64,000 nt of DNA from Promethearchaeota archaeon. GTDB lineage: Archaea; Asgardarchaeota; Lokiarchaeia; Sigyniarchaeales; SOKP01. The stretch's first letter is position 1. Each line of letters starts with the position of its first letter. The DNA lies in assembly GCA_030599585.1 (NCBI GenBank), contig JAUVNS010000002.1, positions 128,001-192,000 on the forward strand. The letters run 5' to 3'. A model generated the notes under the pieces. The model searched no databases, was not told the origin of the DNA, and saw nothing but the letters and a program-made list of their open reading frames with translations. Made by a program: the position numbers and the translations under genes. Shown here one piece after another: positions 50,656 through 59,531 of the stretch.

Positions 50656-51651
50656 TTATCCAATTCTTCTTAATGCTTCTTTTATAATTTCATCTAAGAA
50701 TTCACTACTTTTTTTGTTTTCTGCAATTGCCATAAAGCCCATGTAACTATGAGGTTTATCTTTTGGTGTACACATTAATCCTGCAAAACAATTTATTTCT
50801 AATAAAAAAGGACCTTCTTCTGATAAGATCATGTCTACACGACCATAATCTCTAAGATTTATCGCTTGAAATGCTGAAATAGCTAATTTCTGTAATTCTT
50901 TATACTGTTTCGGAGTTAATTTTGCAGGGCATTGGAATTTATCGTCATCTAACTCTTTTTTATTAAATGTTAAGAATTTTTCCTTTTCCTTGTGTATTAT
51001 TTCTAATAAAGGTAAGGCTCTAATCTTATTTCCATTACCAATAATTCCACATGTTATTTCCCTACCTTTTAAAAATTTTTCAATAAGAACAGGTTGATTT
51101 ATTGTGTTTAATCTTTTTTCAACTCCTTTAATTAATTCGTTATATGAACAGATAAGTGAGGATTCGTCGATTCCAGAACTTCCTCTCCCTTGAGAGGGTT
51201 TTATAAATAAAGGATAATCAAATGGCTTGTTTTTCTTAAAAATTTCACAATCCTCTTTTGATCTTGCTAAAATATAAGGTGATGTTGGTAATCCTTTTTT
51301 AAACCACAAGTCTTTAGTAAGAACCTTATCGGTTGCTATAACGCATCCAAAAAGATCAGACCCTACATAAGGTATCTCTAATTCTTCTAAAATAGCTGTT
51401 TCAACAATGCTGGATACATTAAATACGATATCAATGTCAAGACTTTTTAAATCAGAAATAATATTGTCGTTCCATTTTAATATTTTTACATCATAACCCG
51501 CTTCATTTAAAGCACTTAAATGATGTTCTACTTCTTGATTAGTTGTATCGATAATATTCTCGTTTTTAGCAAATTTCTCTTGTATTGAAAAATTTCCTCG
51601 TTTTTTCTCAAGTACGCAAATTTTTATTTTTTCCTTAGTCATCTTGATCAA
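50656..51651 (-). CDS. D-Ala-D-Ala ligase-like ATP-grasp enzyme
   Basis: IPYVGS, DK, FIKP..GSSGI, EKFLKGREIT, RDYGRVD, LEIN..GL. Confidence 0.88.
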   Translation of the reverse strand: MIKMTKEKIKICVLEKKRGNFSIQEKFAKNENIIDTTNQEVEHHLSALNEAGYDVKILKWNDNIISDLKSLDIDIVFNVSSIVETAILEELEIPYVGSDLFGCVIATDKVLTKDLWFKKGLPTSPYILARSKEDCEIFKKNKPFDYPLFIKPSQGRGSSGIDESSLICSYNELIKGVEKRLNTINQPVLIEKFLKGREITCGIIGNGNKIRALPLLEIIHKEKEKFLTFNKKELDDDKFQCPAKLTPKQYKELQKLAISAFQAINLRDYGRVDMILSEEGPFLLEINCFAGLMCTPKDKPHSYMGFMAIAENKKSSEFLDEIIKEALRRIG

Positions 51652-51656
51652 ATTTT

Positions 51657-51728
51657 TTCACATTTTCATTTTCTTCTTTTAAAATTTGTTTCGTTATCAT
51701 TCAGAATAAACTTAAACCCATATAATTT
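51657..51728. repeat. ~73-bp direct repeat, copy 2
   Basis: Matches 49455-49528. Confidence 0.9.
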
Positions 51729-51821
51729 ACCTAATAAATTTTATTACATTTAAATAACTAATTTTAAATTATAACTGTAGAAAATTCTCATTTTATATTA
51801 GTAACTAGAGATGAACCTAAA

Positions 51822-53186
51822 ACGAGCATATACGCTGACGATGTCCTTAGTTTTACATCCGTTCTAAAAATGGCGTCAAATTTCTTAACGGGTAGAGATT
51901 ACTTAAAAAAGAAAAAATTTAGAGAAAAGAAGAAGTTAATTTCAGTTGCCTTAGGATTTCCAGATTTAGCTTTTGCTGTTGGAGCAGTTCCAGTTTTTCC
52001 AATTCGAATGGAAACCTTCGAATTTAGCAAGTATTTGATGCCTTTACAATCTGCTACATCTGTATTAGGTTGGGAATTGACATCAAAATTTTTGGATTTT
52101 GCTCGTCAGTTCGATGTTCTAAAAATTGTTGATAAAATTCTTGAAGATGTTATTACTTCGATAAACAAGAAATATAATCAAATGTACGAATTAGGCGTCA
52201 GTAATGGCGTTCCTTCGGAATTATGTTATGGGATTAACGCTCTTTATGGAATGCATAAATCTAAGGGTAAGAATTTAGACGCTAATCTTACATTCGCAAT
52301 GCGATGTGGCAGTTGGAATACTTTTTCTGAATCGTTAAAAACGACAGTACCGAGTCAAATCATAATCGATGTTCCTTCAAAGAATTCAGATAATGAGGAT
52401 ATTGCTTTAAAGGAAATGGTTAATAATGTCAAGAATGGAATTAGTGAACTAGAGAAGATAACGGGAAATTTCGTATCAGATAATAGTTTACAGAAGCAGT
52501 TTCGTATAGGCAATCAAGTGAAAAGATTTTATAAAACTATCCTTTACGAGATTGGCGATTCTAACTTTTATCCATGCAATCCCGCTACATTCGCAGAAAT
52601 TTTAGCGCTCTTAACTATCACTTTTCAAGATTATAATTCAAACTCTCAAAGATATTTAGAAAATCTGAGTAATTTAGTTAAAGAGATGAGAGAGCGGATT
52701 AGAAAGGGCATAGGGATGGATGTTTCTCATATGCCAAAAGTATTGTTTGCCCCAATGTACCAAGGATGGGAACCAGCCGTGCACGAAATTATCTATGAAT
52801 TAGGGGGTAGAATAATTTATGCCGATTGGGATATGTTAGGTTTTTTAGAAGAAATTCCCATATCTCAAAAATCTGATCCTATAGAAGAATATGCGCGTTT
52901 TCTACTAAACGCTTCAACCAAAGGAATAGGATGTGACGATGAAAACATGACTAATTCGTATTTAAAAGCTGCTGAAAACATGAACATTGATGGATTAATC
53001 TTCAATCAAGTATATGGGTGTCCATCAATCTCAAAGACTTATGAGAGGCTAAAAGAAAAACTAAAAGCGGAGTTTAACATACCAGCTATAAGTATTAATT
53101 TCAAAAAAATCGGTGATAATATAGAACAAGTTAGAAAACCTCTCATACCGTTTATGGAAAGATTAAAAGATACAAGAAATTTTTAA
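51822..53186 (+). CDS. 2-hydroxyacyl-CoA dehydratase subunit, paralogue of 44840-46198 (tracked ATG 51870; homology extends to ACG 51822)
   Basis: Shared FYPCNPATF, ITFQDYNSN, KEMRERIRKG.GMDVS, GIGCD; N-terminus TSIYADDVLSFTSVLK aligns with MSLIADEIVSFSSVLR. Confidence 0.85.
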   Translation, partial: TSIYADDVLSFTSVLKMASNFLTGRDYLKKKKFREKKKLISVALGFPDLAFAVGAVPVFPIRMETFEFSKYLMPLQSATSVLGWELTSKFLDFARQFDVLKIVDKILEDVITSINKKYNQMYELGVSNGVPSELCYGINALYGMHKSKGKNLDANLTFAMRCGSWNTFSESLKTTVPSQIIIDVPSKNSDNEDIALKEMVNNVKNGISELEKITGNFVSDNSLQKQFRIGNQVKRFYKTILYEIGDSNFYPCNPATFAEILALLTITFQDYNSNSQRYLENLSNLVKEMRERIRKGIGMDVSHMPKVLFAPMYQGWEPAVHEIIYELGGRIIYADWDMLGFLEEIPISQKSDPIEEYARFLLNASTKGIGCDDENMTNSYLKAAENMNIDGLIFNQVYGCPSISKTYERLKEKLKAEFNIPAISINFKKIGDNIEQVRKPLIPFMERLKDTRNF

Positions 53187-53274
53187 ATGTGAATTCTCTA
53201 TCGTCTTTACAAGACAAATCCACATCCCTACGAGCTCGATTGGGTAAAACTCATCCCGTAAATTGCCCCGTTTT

Positions 53275-53844
53275 TTATTTTTTAAATAAATCACTCGGTT
53301 TCATCAGGTGAGGCTCGTCCTCGTCATCTTTCTTTTTCTTCTTTTTCCCAGGAACAAATCCGTAAACTTCTTGTTCCCCTGTTGTTGATGTAGAAGCTCC
53401 AGTTGGAGGGTTTAAGTTAATGTTAGCAGTTATTTGTTCTGGCGTTTGACCAATTGGAATTGATTGAGAAGCGGATTGGGCGTATACAGCTGTAGAACCT
53501 TTTAAAACTTTAAGTTCGCTAAGCACTTTCTCCAAATTCATTGATTGTACGCTTTTATTCATTGTGTCCATAATTTCTTGAAGTGATTTAGAAGTTTCTC
53601 TAAGCCCTTTAGGGTTAATTCCTGTAAGTAATGAATCTAAATTATCGTTGATATTTTCATTCAATTCTTTGAGAGAATCTAATACCGTGGACCAATGCTT
53701 GTTCATCTGAGATTCGATAGCAGTAATCATTTTAATTGTTTCGTTCATAAAATTGACATGGGCTTCATAACGTTCTTCGTCTTTGGCTCGAAGATCAGAA
53801 ATAAGCATTATCAACTTTCTTATTGCATCCTTCTCTTCACTCAC
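53275..53844 (-). CDS. Hypothetical helical/coiled-coil protein
   Basis: 189-aa ORF with helical N-terminus, low-complexity linker and a poly-Lys/acidic C-terminus. Confidence 0.7.
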   Translation of the reverse strand: MSEEKDAIRKLIMLISDLRAKDEERYEAHVNFMNETIKMITAIESQMNKHWSTVLDSLKELNENINDNLDSLLTGINPKGLRETSKSLQEIMDTMNKSVQSMNLEKVLSELKVLKGSTAVYAQSASQSIPIGQTPEQITANINLNPPTGASTSTTGEQEVYGFVPGKKKKKKDDEDEPHLMKPSDLFKK

Positions 53845-54046
53845 TCTTAAAATTCACTTCTTTTATTTTTCTTTATTATAGTATGATTATCTAATAATTT
53901 ATTTATATCTATTAGTAAAAAATAACAAAAAATTACACTTTGAGATTTAATCGATAATTATGTAAATAATAAAATTCATTTTTTAAATTAAGTGGTATAT
54001 TAAATAGTAATTAATCCTCAAAAATAGAATAAAAGTAAGAATTATC

Positions 54047-55537
54047 ATGCCTATCAAAGAACACTCCTGGCCAATCCATCCAAAAATATTCGAGATTAAT
54101 ACATGGCCATGGTTAACGAATTTTTCTGATATTTATGGTCGTAATATTAAATTAGATTCAATACCCATTGAATTAATAGATCAAGAATTAACTCTTTTTG
54201 ACGTCGTGTGGTTGATGGGTATTTGGGAGCGTAGTCCTATAGGGAGAGAAATTGCAATGAATCATGAGGGCTTACAGGAAGAATATCGTAAAGCATTGAG
54301 ATATTATAGCACTCAAGATGTTGTAGGATCTCCTTATTCGGTGTATTATTATCATATTAGTTCTCAATTAGGTGGTTCTGATGCACTTAAATCATTTAGA
54401 ACCGATTTAATGGATCGTGATATACTACTTATTTTAGATTACGTACCTAATCACGTTTCGATTGATCATCTCTGGACGCTTGAGAAATCGGATGTGTTTA
54501 TAAAAGGAACTTTAGAAGATTTAATGACCAAACCCTACGATTTTTTTTCTATTGGAAATATCGTTTATGCCCATGGGAAAGATCCTAATTTTCCCCCTTG
54601 GACGGACACAATACAAATAAATGCGTTTTCTTCTGAGGCTCGTTCCAAAGCGGTTAGCACTTTGCTTTCGATTGCAGAACAGTGTGATGGTGTTAGGTGT
54701 GATATGGCAATGTTAATGATTAATGATGTTTTCAGCAAAACTTGGGGTGATAAAGCTGGTTTACCTCTTGAAAAGGAGTATTGGGTTGATATCATATCTC
54801 AAGTTAAGGAAAAATATCCCAACTTTAAGTTTATTGCTGAAGTTTATTGGGATATGGAATGGGATTTAATTCAACAAGGTTTCGATTATTGTTACGATAA
54901 AAGATTATACGAGCGTTTACTACAATCTAATGTACAAGGTATAAAAGAACATCTTAACGCTGATTTAAGCTATCAAAATAAGCTACTTCGATTTATTGAA
55001 AATCACGACGAACCAAGAGCAGCTGCAGCATTTGGAGCGGATGCTTCGATGGCTGCTTCAATCATTACATCAACATTACCGGGTGCGAGACTAATTTGTG
55101 AAGGCCAAACACACGGATACGAAATCAAGATACCGATACAGTTAGGACGAGGGCCTACTGAAGAAGACAATATAGTTATTACTGAATTTTATGATAAACT
55201 TTTAAAGATACTTCCCGGAAGAGAGTGGGATGAAGCAAAATGGCTTTTATGCGATATAAAACCTACGGATTCAAACGATATTTCATTTAAAAATATTATC
55301 TCATATCAGTGGATAAAAGACGACCAGAGATTATTGATCGTAGTCAACTATAGCCCAAATCCTTCCAAGGCTCATATAATAATAAAAGAAATTGCTTATG
55401 GAATTTCTGATTGGTCCTTCACAGATTTATTAAATGAAAAAGAGTATAAGTATAACGGGAAAAATCTCAATGAAAATGGGTTATATGTCGAATTAGACAG
55501 TTGGAAGAGCCATATATTTGGCGTGAGAAAAAAATAA
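54047..55537 (+). CDS. GH13 alpha-amylase family protein
   Basis: LDYVPNH, GVRCDMAM, IAEVYW, IENHDE. Confidence 0.9.
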   Translation: MPIKEHSWPIHPKIFEINTWPWLTNFSDIYGRNIKLDSIPIELIDQELTLFDVVWLMGIWERSPIGREIAMNHEGLQEEYRKALRYYSTQDVVGSPYSVYYYHISSQLGGSDALKSFRTDLMDRDILLILDYVPNHVSIDHLWTLEKSDVFIKGTLEDLMTKPYDFFSIGNIVYAHGKDPNFPPWTDTIQINAFSSEARSKAVSTLLSIAEQCDGVRCDMAMLMINDVFSKTWGDKAGLPLEKEYWVDIISQVKEKYPNFKFIAEVYWDMEWDLIQQGFDYCYDKRLYERLLQSNVQGIKEHLNADLSYQNKLLRFIENHDEPRAAAAFGADASMAASIITSTLPGARLICEGQTHGYEIKIPIQLGRGPTEEDNIVITEFYDKLLKILPGREWDEAKWLLCDIKPTDSNDISFKNIISYQWIKDDQRLLIVVNYSPNPSKAHIIIKEIAYGISDWSFTDLLNEKEYKYNGKNLNENGLYVELDSWKSHIFGVRKK

Positions 55538-55617
55538 GTAGATCGAGATTTTGTTTAAGAGTAGCGTAATAAGATTGCACATGTAAGACAAGAATAAACA
55601 TAAAGAGATATGATTAT

Positions 55618-56859
55618 ATGGTATATAATAAAAACTCAATAATCACTGCTTTAATTGAAAAAGGAGTCAAAATACCAAATCCTTTTTCGGTTGAAATAAG
55701 CGAGGAAGTCAACATTAATCTGATATCATCTGAGGATGTTACGATACACTCAGGCTGTAAAATATTTGGTAAAAAGACACTTATTATGCCGGGAGTTAAG
55801 CTGGGCAGTAGATCCCCAGTTACTATTAAAAACTGTCAATTAGGGAAAAATGTTGAATTAAAAGGTGGATATTTTGAAGGATCAACATTTCTGGATTCTG
55901 CGAATATGGGTGATGGTGCCGAAATCCGAGAAGGATGTCTTCTGGAGGAGGAAGCTAACGGTGCTCATACGGTAGGTCTTAAACAAACAATACTTTTTCC
56001 ATTTGTGACATTAGGGAGCATAGTTAATTTTTGTGACATTTTAATGGCGGGTGGGACGAACAGAAGAAACCATAGTGAAGTGGGTAGTTCGTATATTCAT
56101 TTTAATTATACACCTAATCAGGATAAAGCAACTGCATCTCTAATTGGAGATGTCGCACATGGGGTTATGCTCAATCAACCTCCCATCTTTTTAGGTGGAC
56201 AAGGCGGAATAGTAGGCCCCAGCCAGATAGGATATAAGACCGTAATTGCAGCTGGAGTTATTTACCGAGGAGATTGTCCTCAAGGTCATAAACTTTTAAT
56301 GAATAGTGGACCTCAAAAAGAAGATATGGATTTCTATCCTGGACTATATTGGAGCGTTAAAAAAAGAGTTATAAATAGTATTGAATATATCGCAAATATA
56401 ATAGCTCTCAGACAATGGTACCTAATTGTACGTTCTAAGTTCTATCAGGGAAGTGAAATGGAAAAATTGCTTTATGAGGGTGCGGTTGAAAAACTCGAGC
56501 TTATTTTTAATGAGAGAATTAAAAGATTTAATCAATTAGTTGGTAAGATGGAAAAATCCATTGAATTGTATAAATCGATTAAGGGTATTGAAGTGTCAAA
56601 TGACTTGATAAATCAAAAAAGAGAATTATTTGAGAATATACAAGAAATAGAGAAGGGTTTTAATGAATGTCTATCATATTCTGGCGATGAGGAACTGAAG
56701 GCTGAATTTTTAAACAATTCAGATTTAAAAAATAAGGATTTTATAAGTGAGATACAAAATCTGAGTGAAGAGATCAAAAAGGTTGGAACCTCCTGGCTTT
56801 TAAGTATAGTTGAAAACACAAAAAATGTCATACTGAATTATCTTCCTTCTTTTATTTAA
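55618..56859 (+). CDS. GlmU-related left-handed beta-helix (acyltransferase-like) protein
   Basis: KGVKI.NP, hexapeptide repeats, AHTVGLK, GSSYIHFNY; no N-terminal nucleotidyltransferase domain seen. Confidence 0.65.
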   Translation: MVYNKNSIITALIEKGVKIPNPFSVEISEEVNINLISSEDVTIHSGCKIFGKKTLIMPGVKLGSRSPVTIKNCQLGKNVELKGGYFEGSTFLDSANMGDGAEIREGCLLEEEANGAHTVGLKQTILFPFVTLGSIVNFCDILMAGGTNRRNHSEVGSSYIHFNYTPNQDKATASLIGDVAHGVMLNQPPIFLGGQGGIVGPSQIGYKTVIAAGVIYRGDCPQGHKLLMNSGPQKEDMDFYPGLYWSVKKRVINSIEYIANIIALRQWYLIVRSKFYQGSEMEKLLYEGAVEKLELIFNERIKRFNQLVGKMEKSIELYKSIKGIEVSNDLINQKRELFENIQEIEKGFNECLSYSGDEELKAEFLNNSDLKNKDFISEIQNLSEEIKKVGTSWLLSIVENTKNVILNYLPSFI

Positions 56860-56872
56860 CTAAAACTATGAG

Positions 56873-56918
56873 AAGCCCCTTCTTTATTTAGAAAGTAGGC
56901 TTTATTTTCTTCTTTTTT
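56873..56918 (+). terminator. Hairpin plus T-tract terminator
   Basis: AAGCC.CTTCT..AGAAAGTAGGCTT followed by a T-rich run after the 56859 stop. Confidence 0.5.
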
Positions 56919-57137
56919 GTAATTTCTACAGACTGAACATTAAGGACATAATCTCTAGCAAGTTTCAAGATGAATTATTCCTATCCGTTATTTTACCGAT
57001 TATAAACATAAATCCTAAAAAATCTTTAGAATTTAATCGGCAAATCAGATATCTTATAAGGAAACGATTATTTTACGATCTAATTAAAAAAATGTTTACC
57101 ATTCAGTCCAGAATCAGATAATTTCTGTTGAACGCCG

Positions 57138-58943
57138 ATGCAAGATCTACAAAAACTTATAGTAATATTACTCGAAAGGCACCAGGAGCCAGTACATCTC
57201 TTCCTTGCCAAGATGGGAGGTGTTCAATATATCAAGGTTGATTGTGAAGAGGAGTCATATAATGGATTCTTGCATGCGTGTCCGATTCCTAAGGAAGAAT
57301 CATTAATGAATTCAAAAATCCAAACACGAATTCTAAGGGATTTTGAAGAAATGCATTTAAAACCCAATAATAACAATGGTAAGGTGGCGCTTCCTCCTGG
57401 AAACACAATTAAAGAAATTCTAGTTAATGTTGAACACAAGCTAGATGAAATTGAGGATGAATCAAACTCTATTATCGATTTACTCGATTTGGCTTCTACC
57501 TTGAAAAAAAAAAAAGGTCAACAACTCCATGATTGGGAAGCGACACATAAAAAATTGAATTCCAACTATAAACCTTCTATCGAACAACACACTTCGGAAG
57601 AGCTGATTTCCGAGGCTGATGGCCACCTAACTGATATCAGCAATCAACTAAAAGAGACTGGAAAAGAAATTTTGGACTTGCAAAGAAATGAGTATTCCGA
57701 AGAATATTCCCTTAGAGAAATTCCTGAAATAGGTGAAGTCCAATCGAAACTCTTGGATCTTCATGGAATGACGTTAAAAATTGATGATCTCCTTGAAGCA
57801 GAGCATGATATGGCCCATTGTGATTCAATCGTTTATTTTAAGGCATGGGTTTTAAAAAAACAGATTTTTATAGCAAAAGAGGGGATAAAAAAGATCACAA
57901 ATGGCAAATGCGTTATCGAGCTGGAAAAACCTAAATCCAACGATAACGTACCTATTGTTATCAAGCGTAAAAAACGGTTGTTTGAAGGATTTGAAATCCT
58001 AACATATTCCCTTGGATTTCCGCGCAAGGGAGAGATTAATCCGGTTTATTTGATGGCATTTGCATTTCCATTCCTTTATGGCATTATGTTTGCCGATGTT
58101 GGCCATGGTGCAATTCTCTTTTTAGGGGGTATCTTGCTCCTTATCGCGAGAAACAGGAAGGATATGGAGAAAATAGGAGAAATTCCGCGTATGGTCTTGT
58201 TTGCTGCAGGAATAATAACACTTTGTGGTGTTTCAGCGATGTTCTGGGGATACTTGTTCGGAGAGTTTTTCGGTCCATCTGGAGTTCTCCATCCCGTTTT
58301 GTTGGCTCAAATCGGTCCATTCTATTTCGGTGGATTCGATCCCGTGCATGAACCACTTAGACTATTACGGTTCACGATTTTAATTGGCGTTTCCTTTATC
58401 ACGTTAAGTTTGCTTATACGCGTAATAAACCACCTTAAGAGACGAGAAGGGGCACATGCTATCGCCGGCATTTGCTGGATATGGTTTCTTCTTGGTGGGT
58501 TCTTCATGTGGGTCTATTGGGGTGGCATTTCACAAATTACTTCTTGGTTCGGCGAAGGCTTGCCAATGCTCTTGGCATTAGTCATGGCCCCCTTGATTAT
58601 AAGCATGATCATCATGGCAAAGGCTGAAAACATAATGCATGGTGTTAACTTTACCGTCGAAGTTTTCATCGAGTCATTAGGTCACACGTTATCGTTTTGC
58701 CGACTTGCAGCCTTATTTTTAGCGCATACGGCGTTAAGCACAATGTTCCTCGATCTTGCTGGAGTCAAGAACGGTAATTTCCCTCCAAGCTCTATTCCGT
58801 TAATCGCGATCGGTACGATCTTGATCCTATGCATTGAAGGTCTTATCGTCTTTGTTCATACAATAAGGCTCCATTGGATTGAGTTACTTCCAAAATTTTA
58901 CTCCGCAAAAGGTACTTTATTTCAACCTATAGAGATCAAATAA
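57138..58943 (+). CDS. atpI: V/A-type ATPase subunit I (a)
   Basis: YGIMFADVGHG, LFGEFFG, HTLSFCRLAAL (essential Arg), HTIRLHWIE..KFY..G..F.P. Confidence 0.92.
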   Translation: MQDLQKLIVILLERHQEPVHLFLAKMGGVQYIKVDCEEESYNGFLHACPIPKEESLMNSKIQTRILRDFEEMHLKPNNNNGKVALPPGNTIKEILVNVEHKLDEIEDESNSIIDLLDLASTLKKKKGQQLHDWEATHKKLNSNYKPSIEQHTSEELISEADGHLTDISNQLKETGKEILDLQRNEYSEEYSLREIPEIGEVQSKLLDLHGMTLKIDDLLEAEHDMAHCDSIVYFKAWVLKKQIFIAKEGIKKITNGKCVIELEKPKSNDNVPIVIKRKKRLFEGFEILTYSLGFPRKGEINPVYLMAFAFPFLYGIMFADVGHGAILFLGGILLLIARNRKDMEKIGEIPRMVLFAAGIITLCGVSAMFWGYLFGEFFGPSGVLHPVLLAQIGPFYFGGFDPVHEPLRLLRFTILIGVSFITLSLLIRVINHLKRREGAHAIAGICWIWFLLGGFFMWVYWGGISQITSWFGEGLPMLLALVMAPLIISMIIMAKAENIMHGVNFTVEVFIESLGHTLSFCRLAALFLAHTALSTMFLDLAGVKNGNFPPSSIPLIAIGTILILCIEGLIVFVHTIRLHWIELLPKFYSAKGTLFQPIEIK

Positions 58944-58968
58944 TAAAAAAAAAAGAGATGATTATATT

Positions 58969-59409
58969 ATGGAACCAACAATATTAGCCATTATAGCAGC
59001 GGCTCTTAGTATCATTTTATGTTCAGGAGCGGCCCTATTAAGTATAAAAACATGTGCGCCAGCACTTGCCTCAGTGACTTCAGAAAAACCAGAATTGGGT
59101 AGCAAATTGGTGATTGCAATAATTTTAGGAGAAGCTTTAGCCATTTATGGATTGCTTATAGCATTTATGATCATAGGTCGTTTACCCGAAATCAACACTG
59201 AAGATGATGCCATGCTGACATTAATTTCAGCAATTACAATGGGTAGTACAGCTATCATGGCCAGTATTGGTATCTCATATACTGGTCCAGCGATGATGAC
59301 TGCCGCAGTTGAAAAGGACGCGAGTTTCACGACCAATATATTGGGTTTGGTATTATCCGAGGCATTGGCAATTTATGGCCTTTTAATATCTTTTATGATT
59401 CTTGGATAG
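58969..59409 (+). CDS. atpK: V/A-type ATPase proteolipid subunit K (c), duplicated hairpin
   Basis: Two EALAIYGLL motifs, 4 TMs. Confidence 0.93.
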   Translation: MEPTILAIIAAALSIILCSGAALLSIKTCAPALASVTSEKPELGSKLVIAIILGEALAIYGLLIAFMIIGRLPEINTEDDAMLTLISAITMGSTAIMASIGISYTGPAMMTAAVEKDASFTTNILGLVLSEALAIYGLLISFMILG

Positions 59410-59531
59410 AAAGTGGATCTTGAGGATTCAAGAAAATTTTTCCTTCTTTTTTTTTAATGCAACAAATCTCATCATTGACTCCAATTGATGCTACAAATGG
59501 ATAAAATAAGTACTCACTGCGGACAATCATA

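Noticed and set aside
46260-51651. Pyrrolysine (pylBCD) or peptidoglycan (alr/ddl) assignment
   Set aside because: No radical-SAM PylB, PylS or tRNA-Pyl and no mur genes nearby; the racemase is Orr-type rather than Alr. The similarity is one of pathway logic only
53187-53274. SECIS element or tRNA interpretation of the structured spacer
   Set aside because: The ATGA...GA spacing is too short for a SECIS helix, neither flanking gene has an in-frame TGA, and there is no acceptor stem or T-loop
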